From a bacterium (GTDB lineage Bacteria > Patescibacteriota > Minisyncoccia > Phycocordibacterales > UBA9973), in contig JBAWZD010000001.1 in assembly GCA_037143195.1 (NCBI GenBank), positions 272,892 through 336,891 of the forward strand: a DNA stretch of 64,000 nt, written 5' to 3'. This document shows positions 59,136 through 64,000 of this stretch, piece after piece. A program made the translations under genes and the position numbers. The notes below the pieces were generated by a model. It had not been told where the DNA came from and searched no databases. It was given only the letters and a program-made list of their open reading frames with translations. The stretch's first letter is position 1, and the number at the start of each line of letters is the position of its first letter.

Positions 59136-59259
59136 GTACACCATGTATTCCCTACTTCTTCTTGTCTGCCTTTGCCTTCTTTGGCTTCTTCGCTTCCTTC
59201 TTGTGTGAAATTCCTTTTGCCATAAATGAAAATAGAATTATTTGTAATGAGCAACACTC

Positions 59260-60033
59260 TTAGTATATCAGATACAAAAGAAAAGCAATTGCAATTCCGA
59301 TGCGATACACACCAAACGAAACGAATGTGTGTTTCTTCACGTAGTCGAGCAAGAATTTGATTGCGAAAAATGCAGAAACGAACGCAACAACAAATCCGAT
59401 ACCAAGCATTTCCGTTTCTTGTCCAGAAAAATGAAATCCAGATTTGATCAAATCAAGTCCTGTTGCTGCGAGCATAGTCGGAATCGCGAGCATGAATGAG
59501 AACTCCACTATCGTGTCGCGCGCGATGCCGAGAGCAAGTCCTCCAACGATCGTCGCCGCTGACCGAGACACTCCAGGAATGATTGCAATCGCCTGAAAAA
59601 CTCCGATCCAAAGTGCCTGTGTGTACGTGATTGAATCAATCGTGCTTACGCGAGCAGTCTTCCCTTTCTGAAAATATTCAAACACAACAAGGAAGATACC
59701 TCCGAGAAAAAGTGACCAAAGTACGACGTGCATATTGCCGAGCAGATGTGCTTTGACGAATTTGTACGCGAGTAAACCAATTACTGCAGTCGGAATAAAT
59801 GCAACAGAAACACGAGAAAATATTTTCCACGAGAGCAGTACTCGCTTCCAATACAGAATGACGACGGCAAGAATCGCACCAAGCTGAATGAATATTTCAA
59901 AACTTTTTACAAAATCCGTTTCAGTGAGGTGTAAAAGATTCGCCGTAAGGATCATGTGTCCTGTCGAAGAAATCGGCAAGAACTCAGTGATGCCTTCTAC
60001 GATTCCAAGGACGATTGCGTGAAGTGCGTTCAT
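59260..60033 (-). CDS. uppP: Undecaprenyl-diphosphate phosphatase
   Basis: BacA/UppP signature (GITEFLPISSTGH..., PGVSRSAATI...), 8 TM. Confidence 0.9.
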   Translation of the reverse strand: MNALHAIVLGIVEGITEFLPISSTGHMILTANLLHLTETDFVKSFEIFIQLGAILAVVILYWKRVLLSWKIFSRVSVAFIPTAVIGLLAYKFVKAHLLGNMHVVLWSLFLGGIFLVVFEYFQKGKTARVSTIDSITYTQALWIGVFQAIAIIPGVSRSAATIVGGLALGIARDTIVEFSFMLAIPTMLAATGLDLIKSGFHFSGQETEMLGIGFVVAFVSAFFAIKFLLDYVKKHTFVSFGVYRIGIAIAFLLYLIY

Positions 60034-60036
60034 AGA

Positions 60037-60411
60037 TTATTGGTTATTCGGAGCACTCGTTACGCAACCATCATAGGTAGTCTTTCCGTTTTCTTCGATG
60101 AAGGCCGACGTGCCCTTGTTCCAAAATACAAAACTTTCGTCCGCGTTTACGTATCGTGCGCCACTCGCTGATACTGCATGCGGTAGATTCATGGTACGTC
60201 CATCACTGAGAGCAACGTCTACGCTCGCGTCATCGGGAAGATGAAATGTTGCGGTGATTGATTTTTGATCTGGACACATGAACGTGTATGAAGGATTTTG
60301 ATTGAGCGCCTTAGGAACAGGCGCATTCACGTGACGACGCAAAAGATATCCAGCAACAATAGCCGAGAGAATAATAACAAACAGTGAGATTAAAAGATTT
60401 TTATTTTTCAT
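60037..60411 (-). CDS. MliC-like (lysozyme-inhibitor fold) lipoprotein/periplasmic protein
   Basis: Signal/anchor N-terminus; conserved C...SGARY...W.KG...C arrangement typical of the MliC family. Confidence 0.55.
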   Translation of the reverse strand: MKNKNLLISLFVIILSAIVAGYLLRRHVNAPVPKALNQNPSYTFMCPDQKSITATFHLPDDASVDVALSDGRTMNLPHAVSASGARYVNADESFVFWNKGTSAFIEENGKTTYDGCVTSAPNNQ

Positions 60412-60435
60412 AGTGACCCGATTATACCAAACATT

Positions 60436-60951
60436 CTAGAGTTCACGAGTGTCGTACGCCCAATGAAGGAGCGCCTGTCTTTGACGTGGCCGACAGAGAG
60501 TGTCACCCGGTTTGCAATTGGCCTGTATTTGCGCAATATGCCTCCGTATGGCGTTCCACCGCTTGATCTGACGCATATCTTCATCGGGGATTCTACGACC
60601 CATGTAATAGCGACAATACCACTGAAACCACCCCCGTGGATCGTCTTTGTATATCCAGCCTTTCTTTTGCCATTCACTCAATGTTTGTGAGGCGTTGATT
60701 TTGAAATAGTTGAGCGATGCGTCGTGTTTACCCGGAGAGAGCTTGGCATGGGTAAACCAACTTTTTGGAAATTCGTTTGTACAGTCGGTCATGTATTCGC
60801 CGCCAAACACACCGAGCTCGAGCATTTCCTTGGGTGTGAGCTCAGGGCGAAAGAGCGGATCAAAATTGCGACCCTCGGGTTCAACGAGTTCGTACGTATA
60901 CCCTTTTTGCATTGTGTCGTTCACGACGACGACTTTTGATTTCTTCGTCAT
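60436..60951 (-). CDS. Hypothetical Trp/Cys-rich conserved-looking protein
   Basis: 171 aa; GWFQWYCRYYMGRR and multiple Trp/Cys/Arg residues suggest a folded enzyme-like domain; family not recognised. Confidence 0.45.
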   Translation of the reverse strand: MTKKSKVVVVNDTMQKGYTYELVEPEGRNFDPLFRPELTPKEMLELGVFGGEYMTDCTNEFPKSWFTHAKLSPGKHDASLNYFKINASQTLSEWQKKGWIYKDDPRGWFQWYCRYYMGRRIPDEDMRQIKRWNAIRRHIAQIQANCKPGDTLCRPRQRQALLHWAYDTREL

Positions 60952-60953
60952 AG

Positions 60954-61505
60954 CTATTTACTCGCGAGATAGTCTTGTGCGTTTTTTTGTGCACGCTTTG
61001 CTTTCATTTTGCGAATGAGGAAATATCCATACACGACGACGAGCGACGTGTAGTTGATAATCATGTAGTATTTATTACCCCACGAAATACCGTGCAAAAA
61101 TTTGTAACTCGATACGGGAAACAAAAATGGCGTTGGATAAAAATTCGCTGCGTGCGATGGAATATCAATCAGGATGTGGAGCGCCCAGCCACAGAGTTCA
61201 TATGCGGGGCGTTTTTTGATGAGCCAGACGACGAGAAAGACGGCGAGCCAAATGACAAGCGAGTGACTGTACTGATAAAGATTCGCAGAGAGACCCATGG
61301 TCGACGGTCTACCAAATGTGAGACCGTTGTGGATGAGCGTCGGAATCGAAAGCATCATCGGAAGTACGAAGGCAAACAAATCGGGAAAGACTCCCCAAAA
61401 TGCTGTCCATCCGACACGAATGAGGCGTTCGTGTTTCTGTGCCAATTTTGAGTTTACGGCGCGAGCGCCCGCCGTCGTCCAGAGTGCGTGTGCAAATATA
61501 TCCAT
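60954..61505 (-). CDS. Membrane-bound metal-dependent hydrolase-like protein (YdjM/DUF457-like)
   Basis: Probable start MDIFAHALW; His-containing motifs (HALW..., HILIDIPSH) on a 4-5 TM scaffold. The ORF extends to 61616. Confidence 0.45.
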   Translation of the reverse strand: MDIFAHALWTTAGARAVNSKLAQKHERLIRVGWTAFWGVFPDLFAFVLPMMLSIPTLIHNGLTFGRPSTMGLSANLYQYSHSLVIWLAVFLVVWLIKKRPAYELCGWALHILIDIPSHAANFYPTPFLFPVSSYKFLHGISWGNKYYMIINYTSLVVVYGYFLIRKMKAKRAQKNAQDYLASK

Positions 61506-61524
61506 GTGATTAGTATACCGTACT

Positions 61525-61797
61525 TTAGGGACGTTTTTGTATACGAGCGCCTTCGGCAATGAGGAGCGCGAGCTTCGCTCGCGCTCCTCCCCGATTGTAT
61601 TCCCCAACCGTCCCATCCGACCGTATCACTCGATGACACGGCACCGCCGGGTCATAATTCATCCTCATGATTGACCCGACTGCACGCACTGCGTCCGGGC
61701 TTCCTGCGCGTCGCGCCACTTCCGCATAAGTGAGCGTCTCACCTTTCGGAATTTCTGACACAATCTTTTTTACTTTTTCGGTGAATGTCATCTTCAT
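61525..61797 (-). CDS. Minimal O6-alkylguanine-DNA alkyltransferase-like protein (MGMT C-terminal domain only)
   Basis: Active-site PCHRV with HTH recognition helix (TYAEVARRAG...NYDPAVPCHRVIRSDG); ~91 aa from the MKMTF Met. The upstream ORF extension runs through terminator hairpins and is unlikely to be coding. Confidence 0.6.
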   Translation of the reverse strand: MKMTFTEKVKKIVSEIPKGETLTYAEVARRAGSPDAVRAVGSIMRMNYDPAVPCHRVIRSDGTVGEYNRGGARAKLALLIAEGARIQKRP

Positions 61798-61961
61798 GAT
61801 ATGAGTATATAAAAAATACCCCGAAAGGGGTATTTTTTGAAAAGTCCAGATTAACGCTTTGGTCACAGATAATTCCTCGCCGTCGCTTGGAATTTCCGCG
61901 ACCCCGCCTCGCGGTTTCGCCTGCTGGCGAAACATCGCTCCGGCCGTCGAAGCGTTATAAA

Positions 61962-61985
61962 AAAGCCCCGCAGGGGGCTTTTTTA
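61962..61985 (-). terminator. Rho-independent terminator after rpsI
   Basis: aaaaaagccccgcagggggcttttttatt directly downstream of the rpsI stop. Confidence 0.75.
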
Positions 61986-62387
61986 TTAACGCTTCGACCA
62001 CTGTGGGGCTTTGCGGGCCTTTTTGAGACCGAACTTGCGGCGTTCCTTTGAACGTGGATCACGTTTGAGGTAGCCTTCTTTCTTGAGCTTCGTCTTTGAG
62101 TCTTCGTTCAATTCAGCGAAGTAACGAGCGAGCCCGTGACGAACTGCTTCGGCCTGTGAGTGGATTCCTCCACCGTTGACCATGACAGTCACTTCATATT
62201 TCTGATCTGGAGCAACGAGTGTCATTGCGTCATTGACCACTTTCATGAGAGCAACAGTCTTGAAGTAATCCTTCACATCTTTACCGTTGACGGTGAATGA
62301 TGACTTGGTTGCAGGAGTCAAACGAACGCGACATGTTGATGTCTTTCGGCGACCGATCTTCTCTGTGTATGTTTTCTTTTCTGACAT
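61986..62387 (-). CDS. rpsI: 30S ribosomal protein S9
   Basis: 133 aa, C-terminal ...KKARKAPQWSKR and GGG.SQA..VRHG.ARAL motifs. Confidence 0.9.
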   Translation of the reverse strand: MSEKKTYTEKIGRRKTSTCRVRLTPATKSSFTVNGKDVKDYFKTVALMKVVNDAMTLVAPDQKYEVTVMVNGGGIHSQAEAVRHGLARYFAELNEDSKTKLKKEGYLKRDPRSKERRKFGLKKARKAPQWSKR

Positions 62388-62394
62388 ATAAATA

Positions 62395-62763
62395 TTATTC
62401 GGTTACGACAAGGTTCTTCATGATCTCTGGGCGGAGCTTGTTGCCTGGGAGCATGCCGTAGACCGCACGGCGGAGAACTTCCTCGATACCTTTCTTATCA
62501 AGCACCTGTGCAAGCGTCTCATAACGGAGACCACCTGGGTATCCTGAGTACTGAGCAAACTTGACTGTGTCGAGCTTGCGAGGATCAATCTTGATCTTCT
62601 TTGCGTTCGTGACTGTAACTTTGCCTCCGTTCATCATGTGACGTTCGAAAGTAGCTGAGTCTTTGCCCATGAGCGCAAGCGCAACCTGAGTAGCGACTCG
62701 TCCAACCGTAATGCCTGAAGCATCGATTGTTGTCATTTTGTTGTTTTTAGTCGTTGTTTTCAT
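62395..62763 (-). CDS. rplM: 50S ribosomal protein L13
   Basis: L13 motifs (DASG..LGR.A..VA..L.GK, VYGMLP.NKL). Confidence 0.9.
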   Translation of the reverse strand: MKTTTKNNKMTTIDASGITVGRVATQVALALMGKDSATFERHMMNGGKVTVTNAKKIKIDPRKLDTVKFAQYSGYPGGLRYETLAQVLDKKGIEEVLRRAVYGMLPGNKLRPEIMKNLVVTE

Positions 62764-62795
62764 TGCTGTGATTTACCTTACCCTAAAGTTCGGAA

Positions 62796-63149
62796 TTATA
62801 CAAACTCGATGACTGCCATTCGAGAAGCATCCGACTTTCGCACCGGAAGGCGCGTGATGCGTGTGTATCCACCTGGACGTGTTGCGTACCCTGGCGCAAT
62901 CTCTTCAAAAAGTTTCTTGGTCTCAGTCTTGCGATTGAGGAGTCGGGATACTGCCAAGCGGTGGCTTGCAGTGTCTCCACTTTTTGCGAGTGTTACGAGT
63001 GGCTCAACGACCTTGCGGAGCTCCTTTGCGCGAGCTTCAGTAGTGGTGATTTTGCCGTGACGAATGAGATCAAGCGCAAGCCCCTTAAGGAAGGTACTGC
63101 GGACTTTTCTCTCGCGACCGAATTTTCTGTTTTTGTTTGCGTGTCTCAT
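62796..63149 (-). CDS. rplQ: 50S ribosomal protein L17
   Basis: MRHANKNRKFGR... N-terminus and full-length L17 pattern; downstream of rpoA. Confidence 0.9.
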   Translation of the reverse strand: MRHANKNRKFGRERKVRSTFLKGLALDLIRHGKITTTEARAKELRKVVEPLVTLAKSGDTASHRLAVSRLLNRKTETKKLFEEIAPGYATRPGGYTRITRLPVRKSDASRMAVIEFV

Positions 63150-63176
63150 AATTGTAAATAAATCGAAATACTAAAA

Positions 63177-64000
63177 TTATTTCAGGGTGATACCGTAATT
63201 GGAAAGAATACGCTTTATCTCCTGAATTCCCTTTTCTCCCATTCCTTCGATCTCAAGAAGATCTTCTTTCTTCTTGCGAGCAAGTCCTCCGAGCGTACGA
63301 ATGCCCGCATCGGTGAGGGCGTTCAACGTTCGTGTGGAGAAATCAAGTGTGTCGATGCGAGTCTTGAGGACTTCGCTCATATCGTCTTTGCCCTCTTCGT
63401 TGAGGTCATCGCTTGCAGTATCGCTTTTCATTGCAGTAGCACCACCGTCTGCCTGTTCTTCGGTAAATCCGATGATAGCAGCGAGCTGGTCGATCATGAT
63501 GCGGATTGAATTCTCAAGCGCTTCACGTGGAGTGATTGTGCCATCTGTTTCGATGAGCATGCGGAGACGGTTGTGGTTTGTCTTGTCACCAACACGCATG
63601 TTTTCTACTTCGTAGGAAACACGGCGGATTGGAGTAAAGATTGCGTCGACAGCCATTGTGCCGATTTCAACCTTGCCTTTTTCATGCATCTCGCGAGGCA
63701 TAAATCCAAGACCACGCTCAACACGAACTTCGATATTGAGTGAAGCTGACTTGTCAGTGAGCTCTGCAATAAAGAGATCTGGGTTGAGGACTTCAAGCTG
63801 TCCTGAAACAGTCATGTCGCCTGCTGTTGCCATCTTTGCGCCCTTTACAGAAAGAGTTGCAGTCTGAGGCTCATCAGTCGTCATCTTGAAACGAATCTTC
63901 TTGAGGTGGAGAAGGATAAGAACAACGTCTTCCTTGACGCCTTCTACGGTCGAGAACTCATGAGAAACACCGTCAATTTTGACGTGCGTAATAGCAGCAC
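63177..64000 (-). CDS. rpoA: DNA-directed RNA polymerase alpha subunit (5' end outside the window)
   Basis: Alpha NTD/CTD motifs (…VKIDGVSHEFSTVEGVKEDV… upstream of the listed Met; CTD with LSVRTLNALTDAGI-like helix-hairpin-helix); continues past the window edge. Confidence 0.85.
   Translation of the reverse strand, partial: AAITHVKIDGVSHEFSTVEGVKEDVVLILLHLKKIRFKMTTDEPQTATLSVKGAKMATAGDMTVSGQLEVLNPDLFIAELTDKSASLNIEVRVERGLGFMPREMHEKGKVEIGTMAVDAIFTPIRRVSYEVENMRVGDKTNHNRLRMLIETDGTITPREALENSIRIMIDQLAAIIGFTEEQADGGATAMKSDTASDDLNEEGKDDMSEVLKTRIDTLDFSTRTLNALTDAGIRTLGGLARKKKEDLLEIEGMGEKGIQEIKRILSNYGITLK

Noticed and set aside
61525-62001. Full 158-aa form of the MGMT-like ORF
   Set aside because: The N-terminal 68 codons run through two terminator hairpins and overlap the rpsI stop. 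The conserved domain starts at the internal Met, so the short form is preferred.

Overview
The window is 64 kb of mostly compact housekeeping DNA from a small-genome bacterium of about 44% GC. Most genes lack Shine-Dalgarno sequences, and several have a sigma70-like -10 box only ~7 nt before the ATG, suggesting leaderless mRNAs. No rRNA, CRISPR array, integrase or transposase is visible.

Recognisable genes, in order:
- Housekeeping at the start of the window: rseP, frr, a minimal holB-like clamp-loader subunit, mreB, a priA with degenerate ATPase motifs, and the run rpsU-ybeY-ftsA-ftsZ-trxB.
- A GlmU-N-terminal-like nucleotidyltransferase, then a tRNA locus (Glu, Ser, Val) followed by an islet of small orphan ORFs.
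- An EamA-type transporter and a 1389-aa repeat-rich secreted protein that ends in a T9SS (Por) C-terminal sorting domain.
- An L,D-transpeptidase, a C39-like peptidase and an MsbA-like ABC exporter.
- A compact bshC(short)-bshB-bshA operon followed by pyrF.
- murB divergent from an HTH-murA fusion that runs straight into tsaD.
- valS, prsW, hsp20 and dinB.
- A 1065-aa beta-helix/lipase surface protein, a PIF1-like helicase and an S8/S53 peptidase.
- dnaK, grpE, cspA, uppP, an MliC-like protein, a minimal MGMT-like protein, and the rpoA-rplQ-rplM-rpsI ribosomal block at the window end.

The T9SS domain, the bacillithiol genes and the absence of Shine-Dalgarno sequences point towards the FCB superphylum, although some gene sizes (holB-like, RseP) look reduced.

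The most unusual observations:
1. A ~195-aa histidine-phosphatase (PGAM-like, RHG motif) domain inserted inside valyl-tRNA synthetase.
2. An XRE-type HTH domain fused in frame to the N-terminus of MurA.
3. A perfect 32-bp inverted repeat that fills an entire convergent intergenic region.
4. A PriA whose Walker A and Walker B motifs are degenerate.
5. A half-length BshC.
6. Candidate small structured RNAs bracketed by terminators upstream of dnaK and downstream of rpsI.
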